From Camelus dromedarius (taxonomy: Eukaryota), in the NCBI RefSeq assembly GCF_036321535.1, contig NC_087437.1, positions 21,640,001 through 21,704,000 on the forward strand: a stretch of DNA of 64,000 bases, given 5' to 3'. Below are positions 41,501 to 56,500 of this stretch, in pieces; position 1 is the first letter of the stretch; each line of letters opens with the position of its first letter. The notes below the pieces were generated by a model. It made no database searches. It was given only the letters and a program-made list of their open reading frames with translations, and was not told where the DNA came from. Both the position numbers and the translations under genes were made by a program.

Positions 41501-44500
41501 TCAAAGACATCAAACTGTTCAAAGCCTGTAAAGCATGTATGGCTTTAAAATAAAGCCTGGAAACAAGCTGGCAGGAGCAGATGAGCCCCAAGGACAAGTG
41601 CTTCCCACCCTAATCTCAGAGTAGCATTTACTCTCTGGCAACACAAGGTCTAATAAATGGTAGTCAGTTCATTTTGTCCAACTGCTTACATAAGAATTAT
41701 AGACTTGAAAAATACAAGTTGAATTCTGCTTTTTCCTTTAAAGTGATTTGTTATTTTGATCCTAGTAGTCCTCTTAAGCAGTAATTTTAAAACTTACTAA
41801 GAATATAGTATCTATTGTTTAGTCTTCTTCATAACCATCCCAAACTGCTATGTAGCACATGTATTTCTGTCCTAATGGTGCTAAATTCAACATGTTCTAA
41901 CTTAATAAAACAAAAATGCTAACTGGTGACATACTCAGAAAACAATATACATATTTTATTGGTGTGGAACACAGAATCAGACTTTTATCAACAGCTCTAG
42001 ATTTTAATGAAGGGGTGAAGGAACTCTAGTCAACCTTAACTATGTGCCAAAACATGCAAGCTCTTTCTGGTCTAAAACCCTAGTTTTCTTAGATTTGAGG
42101 TTATTCTCTCACTTGAGATAATAAGAAAGATTTTTCATGTACATAGAAGTTGTTTGGGGGATTAAATTCACCAAAAAAACCAAGTATTTGTTGATGAAAT
42201 CTTTAGCGATTAATACTGTATCCTATCTTTCTTGTTTCCTTGAGGTTCTTAAGAAAAGGGGAGTACAGACTGAAATAAAAGCTTCCATTTCCTGGAAGCT
42301 TTACTATAAGTTTACTGACTACAGAGTGGAAAGCAGTAAAAATATAAATTTAATCAGTATCTGAAATTTTATCCCAGTTCTGAAGGAAGTGCTTTGTCTA
42401 TACTGTCCAAGTGGGTCTAGGCTCTTGGCTTTGAAAAACCGCCACTGCTGCACTGATCCGTATGGTAGCCCCTAACCGGCATGTGGCAACTGGGTGCTTG
42501 AAATGTGGGGAGTGCAAGTTAAATGTGTTCTAAATGTAAAATACACACCAGATGTCGAAGAAAGAATGCAAACATCACTGATCATTTTTATACTGATTAT
42601 GTGTTGAGATAATATTCGGGATGTATGTGGTTAAATAAATATATTATTTAAGTAAAAAAAAATTCTATCCCAATCGCCAAAAATTTCCAATGGTAACTAA
42701 CTGTGACAGCAAACATAATGAAACTTCATTGTGCCAAATGCATTCAAACATAAACTGACAAATACTGAAGTTACTATACTTTCTGTAACCTACCATTCTT
42801 GGCATTCAAAAATACAATGGCCATGACTCACATCAGACCACTTTGGACCAATGAATTCAATAACACAACTTCTTTTTGAGCTATCAAGGATTGCTGGTCT
42901 CTTTTTCCCACTGAGCTAGATGTTGTGGTGATGTGAGCCTAAAGCTATTCGGGCTGCCAATCCAAGGGAATTTGAGCTAAGAGATTAATTCTGAGAACAC
43001 TGTGTCCAAAATCAAGTTATGCCCAAAGCTTATTATCCTTATGCTTCTAGTTACAGAGCCAACCAATTCCTCTAAGCCAGTCTGGATGTGTTTTCTGTCC
43101 CTTATAAACAAAAGAACTATAAAAGATGTAATTCTTTTCAGACTCCTCCAAAGCTTATGCAAGTTGTTCAGGAATACAGAATATATCATATGCTTGATTA
43201 TTTTTTATCTTTGAATGTTTGCAGCCAGAAGCAGAAGTCATGTCTCCTGCATATGCTATATGAATTTTATTCTGGCATTTTGCAACTCAACAATCACTAC
43301 CTACCATTTTCTTATCTTCAATGCCAACACTGGAGCTCAGTAACTGCATGTTAAAAAAGGCCAAAATGCCCAACAACTTGGGTTGCAAATAATCAGCCTA
43401 AGGGGAAAAAAAAACCCATTAAAAGTACTATATAACATTTATACAGATCAAATTTCATAAATTGACAATTTATTTAACATCATTTCTATTTTATCTGACT
43501 ATATTAGAATATTGGAAATAAACACTTTGTGAATTAAGTTTCTCCCAAAGTATGTATTTTCACATGTAATATTTCAAAAATTGGTGAAACTGATTTACAA
43601 TCACCATGATAAAACATGATTAAACAGTACTGTATACAGTGACTAAATCATAAGCTTTTGAAATCCAGAGTTGAGCTATGGTGCAATCCTCAGGATGACT
43701 CATGTCTGGATCTAGAGTGGAGAGGATATTTATCTTAAGGAGAAGAGAACAGAAAAAGACAAGTGAACACCCTTGTCTAGAGCATTTAGAACTACAGTGG
43801 GGGAAAAAAAAGTACTTACTAAGAACAGGCAGTCTGCCAGAATGATAGTCTGAAATAGGGGTCAATAACCTGAGGTAATAGCAATAAAGAGGTAAAAGCC
43901 ATGTGCATCAACAATTACAGGTGAGGTATCACTGACCATGGCACTTTGGGTCTCCTGAAGTAGACAGGGTTAATTCTTTCTTGAAAGAGGTTCCTAGAGG
44001 AGAGGCTATGGGCTTTAAGTAAGCCAAACCTGACTTTGGATCCCAATTTTGACACTTCCTAGCATGTGATGCTGGATAAGTTATTTAGCTCCTCTGAGTC
44101 TATAAGATGGGAACAATGAAAGCATCAATTGCATAGAGTTGTTGTAGAGATTAAATAAGATAACATGCATTAAGCACTTAGAATATTCAAGTGTTAAACT
44201 TGAGTTAATATTATAAACTGGGAATGTGAATCCTCTGCAAAGAAGAATTTTCCTCTTTTAAAATCTTTATATATAAGTAAGAAAAAAGAATCAAAAAACG
44301 GTGAGGGGAAGGCTGGGGAGAAGTAGCGATTAAAAGTATTTTCCAATTCCAGAAGAAAGTTGCACTGTTTAACATTGAGACACCAGATTTAAGTAACTCT
44401 CATTTACACACATGGCTAGGTTGAGGGGGTGCAGGGTAGAATGGTGTGCACTAATACACAGTAGAGAAGAAGTTAGGTGTCCAACACAGTCTCCAGATTA

Positions 44501-47500
44501 GATGCTGGGATAAACTTTTTTCTCTTGCCAAGCACAGGTAATCAGCTATTTTTCCAAAGCCTAAAATTACATTTAACTTACAGACTTCTGATTTGGATTA
44601 ATAAGCCACAATTCACTAATTGCATGGTTCTAGTCTATGCTTCTTAAATGAAAAGCAGAGATAGATGATACTCACATAGTCTGTGTCAACATTCTAATTT
44701 TATAGCTCTTACATTTAGAAGTAGTCCATTCATCGGCCACTCACCAAATATTAAGTACATCTGCCTAGAATACTGTGCCAGGGGCAGGAATGCAAGATAA
44801 GTGAAGTCACTCTCTCCCTACCAGCTTACATGGGAAACTGATATTAAGAGACACAGACATTAAATTAGTAAATATGTAAATAAGGTAATAACTGCCATAA
44901 AGAAATAAGTATAATCATATAATATAGAAGAACTGGGATGAGGGAATTTACATGTGGTCATCAGGAAACTCCAAGATTTTAAAATGAGAAAGATCCAGTA
45001 GAATATTCCAAGTAAAAAGACTACCTAGTGCAAAGGCTGTGATGCAGGAAAAAACTTGACATGTTTAAGAAACACAAACAAAACAATGCTGAAACACAGG
45101 GAGAAAGGAAGATAAGAGTTGCACAACATGAGGGTGGAAAGGTATGCAGATCTCTTATAGCCTTACAGATTTTAAGAGCAATGAAAATTGTAGAAGGAAT
45201 TTAACCAAGGGAATGATATGAGTTTGTAAGAAGTTGTAAGAAGAGTACTTCAAATGCTGTATAAATAATTGATTAAAGATGTAGGAAAAGGAAGAACAAA
45301 AGAGGAGAACAGTTAGGAGGCTTTTATAGTTGTCCTGGAGAAAGATGATGGTCACTTGTATGACACAGAAATGGAAAGATATATTTGGGGGATAGACTTG
45401 AAAGGACTTTTTGATACTAAATTATAAAGGATGTAGGAAATGGAGGGCTCATGAATATCTCCTAGGTTTTGATTTTAGCAACTAGGTAGATATTCGTACT
45501 GTTTCCTGAGAAGGTAAGACTATAGGAGAAGCAGGTTACAGAGGGAAAATAAAGATTTCTAACGGACATGTAATGTTGGGACTTGTTTGAGATGCTTAAA
45601 AGACAGGCAAGTAGAGATGACACAGAGGAAGATGGACAGTCTCTGTTTGCCATCCTCTCTCAGCCTCAGATCCATTCTCTGCCCTTTTCTACCTTGTTAC
45701 ATGCCTAGGAGGCTAACCATATTTCATCACTCAAGATCCCCTTTCCTCTGTCTTTCGAATGAAATGTATTTCAATCTACACTTTAGAAGTAGTGAAGAAA
45801 AATTAAGTTTTACTCAGTGTAAAAAATAAAATCTAAAATCATTTGAAAATGCATATTTTCCAACACAGGTATGCTGTGACCATGTAACTTAAATCATCAG
45901 CCTTTTCAAAAACAAAAAAATCCCAATTTAAAATTTAAATACATCTCTAGCATTTGGAAAACACATAAAACACCTGTTTCTCCAATTTCATAATTAAACT
46001 ACAAAAAAGGAGAAAAAAAACCCCCATACAACATATTCCTTACCATTAGTTCAGGTGATGTGATATCTCTTGGGCCCTGATACGGATCATCACTAGATGC
46101 AAATGAGGCAAGTATTGACAAACCATTGAAAACCTGCTGATAGTGTTCTCCAATACGCAGCAATAATTCATTATGCAATCCTTGGAAGTCTTGTCTCAAC
46201 AGGCTCCCCAGTTCAATTTCTGTTTCATTCTAACCCAAAGACACATTTAAACAAAAGAAAATAGGTTTACTTTTTTCTCCATGCTGACACCTTGGAAATA
46301 AGTATACTGATTTTAATGTACCATTAGTTAATCATGAGCTCTACATCAAGTGACAAGAATTACTAATGATATAAAAAAGGCATTGGAAAAGGATTCTAAT
46401 CTTGTTCTCTTCTGGTAGGTCTACCATGGGCTGGCTAGAGGTAATGAAGAAAAGTGATCAGACTTCATTCTGAAATTAAACTTAAAAAAGGGAGTCAAGT
46501 TTTCTATAAAGTCTTAAAAGGTCATCTACTCATTATTCATGTAACCCCTGGGGGGAAATACAGCACAGTGACTTAGCACACAGTCTTTCTGGCCACACTG
46601 CTGGTATTTAAATTCCACCCTTGTCACTTATTAGTTGTGCTGTGACTTGGACAAGTAACCTAATTTGACCTCTCTCTGCCTTAGTTTTCGCCTCTATAAA
46701 ATGGAAAAATAATAGTACCTTTATCTCATTGGGTAACTGTGAAGAGTTACGCAGATAAAGTGATCCACAAAAACCGTTTAGCAAAGTTTCTGACATGTAG
46801 TAAGCACTGGAATGGTATTATCATTTCACCTTTACAATAAAGATTTTCTTTCTCAAAATGAATAAATATACTGAATATTCAAAAATTCGTGTGGAAAGAG
46901 ATCTACTGCTGGCAAATCATGAAACACATGAAATAAATTAACATCAGAAAAAATAGTTGCTTTATATAGGCATATCTCACAAGTTCTCCTGTTCCCATGT
47001 AGTCTATTATTCCTCAGATATTGTTCCTATTATGACACCAAAAAGAGATTTTGAAACTTTACATTTAAAAACTAGCAAGAAACTGGGCCAAATTATAATC
47101 AGAACTAAGTAACTAAACTCAATGTTAACAAATTACAGTACAGCTGAAGGATACTATCTCTTCCTATAGATACAATTACCTGCATGTTATTAGTCAATTT
47201 AGAGCTCCAATCAATTAATAAATTCTAAAATGAAATTAGCTGAGAATCTGATTCATGATTGGATGACTATCACATGCCATTAAGGTAAAATAATCAAAGA
47301 ACAAAACAAAATAATAATTCTATTTAATACTCTCCTCTTGGCCCAAGACAAAGCTTATTTACATAATTCCATTTGAACTTAAATTACCCTAGGATAGACT
47401 GTAAATTACCCATTCTACTTCCTATAAGAATGTCACAACAGCTTTCCTATAATGCTAATTCAAACAAAAGACTGAAATATATACAAATATTCAATTACCT

Positions 47501-50500
47501 TTAGATAATGAAGGGCACGTTCTAATTCATCCTTGGAACAGGAACAGACCAAATGGGAAAAAATATACTTGAAGTTATTTATTAAAATTTCTCTACGATT
47601 GACATTTAATTGTTTTCCTAAAGTTCGAATGAGAGCGGAAGCTGCAGGGCTTGCTTTGGCAGCAAGGTCAGGTAGCAGAACTTGCAGTGTCCTCTGAAAA
47701 ACAAAAACACTACAATTAACAAAAAGTACAGCTGTCCAGATGACAAAATATTCACATAAGCTATATGCAAAAATATTTTTAAATGCCACACAAATTTGGA
47801 GTTCATGTACGACATATTTGCATTCAGATTTACCACTTATCCATTCAATAGATATATACTGAGCATTTACTATGAGTCAGGCAGGTACTGCAGATACAGC
47901 AATGAAGAAAACAGACAAGGTCCCTGGTGGCACAGAATTTACATTGTACACGGAGAGAGACAGACAATAAATAGCTAATGTATAAGCAGTAAAGAAAATA
48001 ACTCCTCATGAGTACGTGTTAAAACATACTCATGCTCTAAGGCAGAGGTTTCAAGCCTGAAATAGAGCTAACCAATATTTAGACAACAAGCAAAAGTAGC
48101 CATAAAAACAGTATTTTCAGTTTTTTAAATTAAAAAAGTTGATGCTACAATATTAAAGAAAATCTTTTTAACGTATCTACCATCCCAATATGGCAAGAAA
48201 TCTATTTTGATTTTAATCCTAATTCCTTTAAGATCTTGTTCATAAAATATGTACAAAATTCCAAACATGAAACAGTTGGCCCTTCATTTATCCGTGTATC
48301 TAATGAAACAACTACTATACGTCAGTCAACTATACTAGGCACTGGAGATATGACAGTGAACAAGACTTGGGCCCTGCCCTCAGAGACACTTAAACCTTAT
48401 TTCTGTTATGCCTTTCAACTTAATATTAATCCTGTAAGACTTATAACATAACCAGGTAGTCTCTACAAAGTGTAATTATTATGTTAAGGTACATAATATT
48501 CTAAGACCTAAATATTAGACATTTATTTTCTTCCCAGGGTTTTATTTGCTACTTGGAAAATGTTGCAATAAATGTCTGTGCTTTGGGGCTTCCAGAGTGG
48601 AATTACTGAATGAAAAGGCAAAAATAACTTTGTGGTCCTTAGTGTATGCTATCATATTTCCTTCCAGGATTTGTCCAATTTACAAGCAATTTAAGTGTGC
48701 TAAAATACAATAATACTGTAGGGGAAAATTCTGCATGAATCGCTATTATAATTTATTAACTAAGAATAATGATAAACTTTGCCTTTGGGAAAACTTATGA
48801 AGATCATCTACTTCATCCATCTTTTAAGGCTCAGCCCCACTAACAACTTTTCAAAGGCTTCCCAAACCCTCTATATTACAAACTGTCATCTGATTTCACA
48901 GGAGCTCATCTATAGCACTAGTTTTTATACTGTATTATTCCAATTCCTTAAGGGTAGATATTATCATATTAGATTTTGCAATACTGATGGACCCAATCAT
49001 AGTACTAAAGACATGCGGCTCAGTAAACTGAATTAACATTAATCGATCAGTATTAACCTTTCAGGATAGCTAACTATCTAGAGCAATGACTCAAATTAAC
49101 ATGAATTTAACTTTTATAATATAAGCAATGTTATCATATTAAAGCTAAAAAAAAAAACAGGTAAATTTGAAAATCTACGGTCTGTATATTCCTCACTGTA
49201 CTTGCCAGATTTTCTTTATTTTTTAAAATATTTTTATTGAAGTATAGTCAGTTTACAATGTTGTGTCCAGATTTTCTTTTTAAAATAATCTAGAATGGAA
49301 TAAACATAAAACATTGAATTGAAAACTTCAATTAAGTCCATTATACTTTGCAACTTACAGTAAGGAAACGATTAAGATCAGGAAAGTCAAAAACATTGGC
49401 AATTTCAGACAAGGTATTTAAAGCCATTTCTCTCTGGTGAGCCACATCTTGCTTTCGCATCTCAGCATTCTGGCATGGAGTACTAGGAAGTGCTGTCATC
49501 TGACTGGAGTGGAGGGATTCTACCAAAAACTAGAGCAAATGATTTGTTAGTTTTCACACTAGGAAGAAATTTTAACTAATATGTTGCAAGTTAATGAAGG
49601 ACGGTATGAGACAGTGTTCTAAACATACTATCTGAACCAGTTGATTTAATTTTTAAAAACAACCTTAATGAGGCAGATTGTGTAAAATCTCCCTTCTACA
49701 GCCTCCCTTCTACCAGGCTTAGTTAAGAAATTTGAATATCTTGCTAAGGATTACACCACTAACAGAGCCTGTATTTTAACATATTCTAACTTTTCAGCCA
49801 CAAATTAAATCAATCTTTTAAAAAAACAAAGTGCCTTACTCATAATATCAAGGCATAACGGAAATTGTTATTAAAAGAAAGACTAATGAAGAAAGGCATC
49901 TCTTAATAGATTAATAGAACATAAAAATTATAAGATAATTTCCCCCTCTCCTATTTATAACTTACATCTTCAGACCAAGATGCTAAAATATAAAAATGAC
50001 AAGATTTAGGTTCTTTCCAGTAAACAAAATACATCATTAAAAAAAAAAACCTATTTTAAAGCAAGAAAAGTAAAATGTACATATATATTTTTTTAACTCA
50101 TGCAAAGTAATGCTATTTTTTACAGTCAAGGCCAATGCTGACTCTCACCTGACAGATGGGTTTCTTATACTGGCTGAAAAAGTTTTGCAGTTTAACACTT
50201 TTAGCTGCAACCAGAGCTCTAATTTCTGTGTATGCTGCTCCAGAGACAGATGCTGACTTGGATAATAAACAATGCAGTAAGTGCAAGAGTGCAAAAGGTA
50301 CCAAATCTCCTTTGGCTGCCCTAAAGTTATTTAAAAAAAAAAAGTTATCATCACTGTCTCAAAAATAAATGGAAAACCACAAATAAATGCATGCTGATAA
50401 CACATTTCTTTCTATAATATTACATCTTTCATGTCACCATGTCTAACACCAGACAAACAAAAAAGGAGAATGGACAAAATAAATAAGGAAGTATACCAAA

Positions 50501-53500
50501 GCTGCCAAATATACCTTCCAATATCCCCTGTTGTAAGAATCAAAGTATCCTTCAACTCATTATTTCTTGAGATCTGAGCATGTGTATATGCTTCTTTCAT
50601 TCTTAATACAAAAAGCTAGAACAATAAAATTAACTAGTTAGAGAAAATTTTAGAGCTAGGTTTATGAAAACACATAAAAATAAAATTTAAAGTAAAAATT
50701 ATCAACCTCTTTTATAAATCCATCTTCAGCATCCAAGGATTCCAAAATATGCTTGATATTTCCACTAAAAGCCACTCTCACATTCTTGTCTGGATCTTCC
50801 ATTAAATTTAATAAAGTTCCAAGAACTGTTTTTACATCTGTTTCATCTTCTCTAAAATCAAGGTGCTTACAAAGATGACACAGATTATCTATGAAAGCTA
50901 AAGGGCAAGAGCATATAATATCTAATTTAACATATTAAATATAAAAGTTTTACTATAAAAATATTGTCAATAAATAATATACTACAAAGAATTCTAAGTT
51001 GCCTTATAAAGTCAATAGTGCTTAAACTTGTAAAGCACACAGAATTGTGGAGGATTAAAACAGATACTTAAAAATTTAAATTTACTTTATACTTAATAAA
51101 AGTTATACATAATTTAAATCTAAAATAAATTCTAGAATTTTTTTAAGTTATCAAATGACTAGTCACTTAGGATTTTGCAGATCATTTTGTTACTGAGATA
51201 GACTTAAAAGCGCGTTTCACCAATCTAAAGAGCTCTGAACTAAGGGCCATCTTAGTCTTACATTACTAGATTTAGGGAGTCCTAGAAACCACCTAAACTA
51301 TATTGTTTTGAAAACTTAAGAACAAGTTTTAACTTATTACCTAAACAAATGAAATCTTCCAAGTATCTGTATATCTCATGCTCCCAACAAATTCAAACAC
51401 CATTACCACTGGAAAGTGGCCAAGAAGATACAACCTACACTCTTCAGTTGGGCAAAGCATTTAACTATTTAAAGTTCTAAAGGTCCAAAGTAGTGGCGGG
51501 GGACACATTAAGAAGGTCCCTGGGATCACTAAAGAGGACACAGGGTATTAAACCTCATGATACTGAACCAAACATAATGTATGCCTCCATTACACTGTCA
51601 AACCACAAAAGCATTTAAGAAATCTAAAAGTTACTTCCCTTGTTAGTTCTGTGATACAGTCTAATACCTGACATCCCATTTATCATCACCTGAGCAATGA
51701 ATCTACCAAGCAAGTCTAATTTTTAAGGCTTCAGGCTAATTCTATCACTGATTTTTTAAAAAGAGCTTAAATAGGTTTTAAAATATTAAATAAATCATAA
51801 CAAATCACTCACCAAGTTTCACTGGACTAGGTATTTTTTTTTTTAGTAGGAAAAGGAATGGCTTGCAAACAGAAGCTTTTAGTCGAGAAGATGAACATTC
51901 ATGTTGAGAAGTGACTTTTAGGCCCTTACAGAGGAGGTCAGTATGTCCATGTTCAGAGAAAGGTTCTATTAAAGAACTTGTCAAATAAAACATGCCATGA
52001 AGTGTACAGACAAGCTGACCAAGTATGGTGGCAAATTCTTTCTTGACAATGTCAGAATCATCTTTGACTTTATCTCTGGGGGGAAAAAAAGACGTACTAA
52101 GTCTTCTTGCTTAGTTTTGTGGTCTAGATAGTCTTGCTTAATTTGGGGTAAAAGTACTGGTAAGACAAAGGACAGAAGGAAAAAATTTTTAATTCTAAAA
52201 CTAAAACCAACATTTGCTCTATATACCCAGCAACAAACATAAATTTACATATATGATATCTAGTCAATCAAGTTATATAATCAAATTAAAATATTAATAC
52301 ATACATAAGAATTTTGGGAACTCTGTTACAAGAATTCTGCTGCTGCAATAAGATAAAAAATCCATTTATACAACTTGTCCGGATTACTTCATGGGAGCTC
52401 TGCAGGGCCCAGCTGTAAACTGCTGTTCTCCATTCAAGGTATATTCTTCTTGGAAACAGAGTTAGAAGAAATACACATCGTGACTGTGCCTGTGGTGCTG
52501 AAAAAATTAAGTGTATTAAACAAGATTTCTAAGTGTTAATTTTATACATGTATACTTATATATTTATTCTTTGTTGTGGAGTCAAGTAACATTTAAAACA
52601 CATAGTATTTAATTGAAAGCTCCCTTTCCAAAAATACAGCATGTACACTGAAAAACATCTATGCACAATCTTACTAAATAATCTGGGAAATCCAACTAGA
52701 AAAATCACACCCATTAGATACCAAAAAAAATTGTTTTTAGATAATTATGTCTTTGGCATTCTTTTTTCTTAAGATAGCAAAAATTTTAAAGTCTGACAAT
52801 GCCAAGTGCCAGTGAGAATGTGAAACTATAGGAACTCACATATTCTGCTAATAGGAATGTGAACTAGAATGAAATCTTTGAGAACAATGTGACAGAACAG
52901 AGTTGAGGATGTACAAATCTTACAATGTATTACTTTTCACATGTCTAACTACTTTTTGAATTATTAAAAAATGTACCTTCTCTTGTAATTAATGAAAAAA
53001 TAGAAATGATTAAGTGTTAGAAGTCATATATAGAGACAAGTTAAAACAAAACAAACCATACATATAGAATTTTGTAATGACTTACAGTAGCTATCTGAAA
53101 TCTTCTGGCTTAATGTTAAAAGATTGGTGGCAAATGTGGTGAACTTTAAAGAGTCATCATCAGAATGGGAATAAATCCATGGAAGTGAGAGCATTCCACA
53201 TAAATCTTCCAGGATATGATCTTCAAATGAAGTGTTTACTACAGAAACACAGAACAGGTGCTTAATTATACCTTTTCCTTAATCATATTTACCTATGTCT
53301 TCTTTCAAAAAAAAAGATGTTCTACACATCAAGTGGAATTGTAGCAAACACTGAATAAACAGAGGTTAACACAGAGATGATGTTCTGAGGTCTATGAATA
53401 TGAGTAAAAGGATTAAATATAACTTTATAAAAATACACATTTATACATTTTTAGAAGGATCATAGCATTCTTCAGATTCTCAAACCAAAAATTTTAAAGT

Positions 53501-56500
53501 TATAATGTCTACTGACTAAAATGTAATAATCAATCAAAATATGATACAAATAAATTTGGAACTTATAAGTTACTGATGAGCTCAACAGAACTGAAACAAA
53601 AAAATTTAGGGTATTCCAAACATTTGTGCATTTATGCCTTTGGCAAAAGAGAAAAACTGTTTCTATACTGATTACCTTCAAAGGTTATTTTGATCTATTG
53701 CTTACTTGTACTCACCTTGAATATAAATCAAAGCATCATATATTTTCACCACTTTGTCAATAACTGCCTCCAGGTCAAGTTTTTGAATAGATTCTAACAA
53801 AGTCCTACAGCTCTTAATCACTTTTGTGTAAAAATCCAAAGACATCCAAGTTATTACTACTGAAGGTTTCTTCTTACATTTCTGTTGACAGTCCTTGAAA
53901 TTATGGCTGCAGTTAATACATTTTTTAAGACACAGAATTAAAAATGAATTTTGTTATACGCAAAACTAATATTATAGTAAGCCTAAAGAAATTGTGAGTA
54001 TAAAACTAACCTATAATTTAAAATCAATTCAAAGTAAATGTACATGCATATCAATTAATACATCATTACTACTTTAGGTTTAATCTCTTTGTTAGTCTAA
54101 ATTACTCTTAGGATTTGGTAATTAAAATTAATCTAGGATATTTAAATATGACAACACCAGGCTTTAAAATAATAGAAGATATGCCCCCGTAAACCCTTTC
54201 TCAATAATAGGACAAAGGCAGACTTCAGCCTAATTAGCTATTCCTTCAAGTTATCTCAAATTCCAAGTTTAATGCAGTATGGACGAATACAGTTTCTTTG
54301 TATTAGCTAATTAAGAGTGAGTCAGGAAATATCGAATAGATGATCATGTAAAAAAGTAACAGAGTGTTGGGCTATAACGTGACAATAAAAATAAGACTAA
54401 ATCTTCAGAGAGGGTTCATATTTTACTTCTTTCTTTTGATAGAGTAATTAACTTATATTAAGAATACTAAACTAAAAAAAAAAAGAATACTAAACCGAAA
54501 ATATACTTCTAACTAGTCCTAAATTCCTACTCTTATTATTGAAGGGCAAAGTTCTTTTGACTATAGTTTGGCTAGAAAAGCACTTGCTTTTGAGTTGTAT
54601 AAAAATGTGTTCTGCTGCTTTCTATTCATGTATGCCAGGGAAAGTTAGTTTAGGCTTCAGACAAATAAGAGCTTCAATTTCTAATTCGTAAAGTGGACAT
54701 ACCAGCATTTACTTCAAAGAACTGTTGTAAAGATTAAACAAGATATGTATAGTACTTAACACAGTATTTAGCATTTAGCAGGTACTCAATAAAAAATTTC
54801 AATTTCACTGAAAAGTGTGTTCTAAGGTCACAAAAATAAAGTGAATAAAGAAGTCTCCTAAAACAGAAAACTCAAATTTATTACTCAGACCACATCCAGA
54901 AAATGTAAGTTATTTTACCAGTCCATGTTTTGATGAGAGCAATGAACAGTACACAGAGCAGTCAGCTGTAGGATGACAGCGATTCCTTCTAAAGTCTCAA
55001 TAACAGGATTCTTCAGACTATTCAATTCAAGGAAAATCTGAAGGGACTCAAGTTTCTGTTTCAGTGCACTCCATAGTATGCTCTTGTTGTTCATATCCAC
55101 ATGTTTAGTTCTGAAATTAATTATAGCCACAGCACAAAGATGTTCATATTCAATATAAATTTGATTAAAATATGAAAAATCTTTAAAACAAAAGACAGCA
55201 TGTGATGTCAACTACTGAAATTTAAAACAACTTTCACAGTTGGCTGAAATATAGGAATTCTCTGGCTACATTACAAAAAAATAGTTTATTTGTTAACATT
55301 TCTTAAATTGCTAATAGATGTATAGTCTTGGAGATTTTTCATGTATTAAAAAGTTATATTAGCCAGGCAAGTAAAGACTTACAAAGTCTTTTAAGTAACC
55401 ATACTTAGCCATGAAATCTTGTATAATAGAATAGACTACAAGAACTATTAAAGTATTTTAAGCATCCCTTTGACTACCTTTAGAAAGAACAAATGTTCTT
55501 TGTGTATTTAAGTCAAAGCACTTAACTAAAGATGATGCTTAAGTGAATAAAGTTTTATCAAATGGCTAAATACAAACTGAATGGTCATACTCCTCAGTCT
55601 GTTTTGGTGCCTTTTTGGAAGACTTTAGAGACGAGCTGAGTCGACGTCTTTTGGGTGACAGTCCATCACTATCACTGCTGAGATCTTCCTGTTGAATTTG
55701 GCACTGAACCTCCTCAATGATTTCCATACTTTCCATCTTTAAGGCTGCATAAAGTGGGCCCAACAAATACTGAGAAAGCAAAAATAATTTCAAAAACTAT
55801 TTCTTAGAAAATAAGTATATATTATTCATAGATAGCAAAAATGCATTAAGTATTAGTTATAAAATTTTTAGTAAGGGCAACTATTTTCAGAGTCTTATCA
55901 AGCAAAACAAAGACCTAAGTTAATCTATATTATTTCATGGTCTATATATAAATACATATAGAGTTCTCTATCTAGAACCATGAGGTTGAAGACAAATCTT
56001 TCTCTCTATAACTTGTTTTTCCCTTGACCAAAATGCCACAACGAAAAATTCTACAAGAGAATTTCTAACTTCTTTTATACTACAAATCTAGCAAGACTTA
56101 GCAGATAAAATCAACTAAAATATTTAATCGATTTATTGCATTATTTATTTCATTCTACTGCCTGTGTCCCACAGTCCAAATAGAAAAAAAGGTATAATTT
56201 GGCATGACTAGTACTGTATACTCATAGGTTTTCTAAAAGGGATTGATTATAACCTGTCAAAGAAAAATCTATGTGAGTGCTCAAAGTTTTTGCAATTAAG
56301 TTGATAACTTTCCCCCTTTTAATTAATAATGCAACAAACATGCTTACATTGTACAAACTCTATTTTAAAACATTCTACTCCAATGGCAGTTCATTACCAA
56401 TGCAGTGAATAAATTTTTCTGAAATAAAATTAAAAACTCATAATAGGAAGCCAAAGTAGATCATGAAAATCATCCTATTCTGAATGTACATTATTATTAA

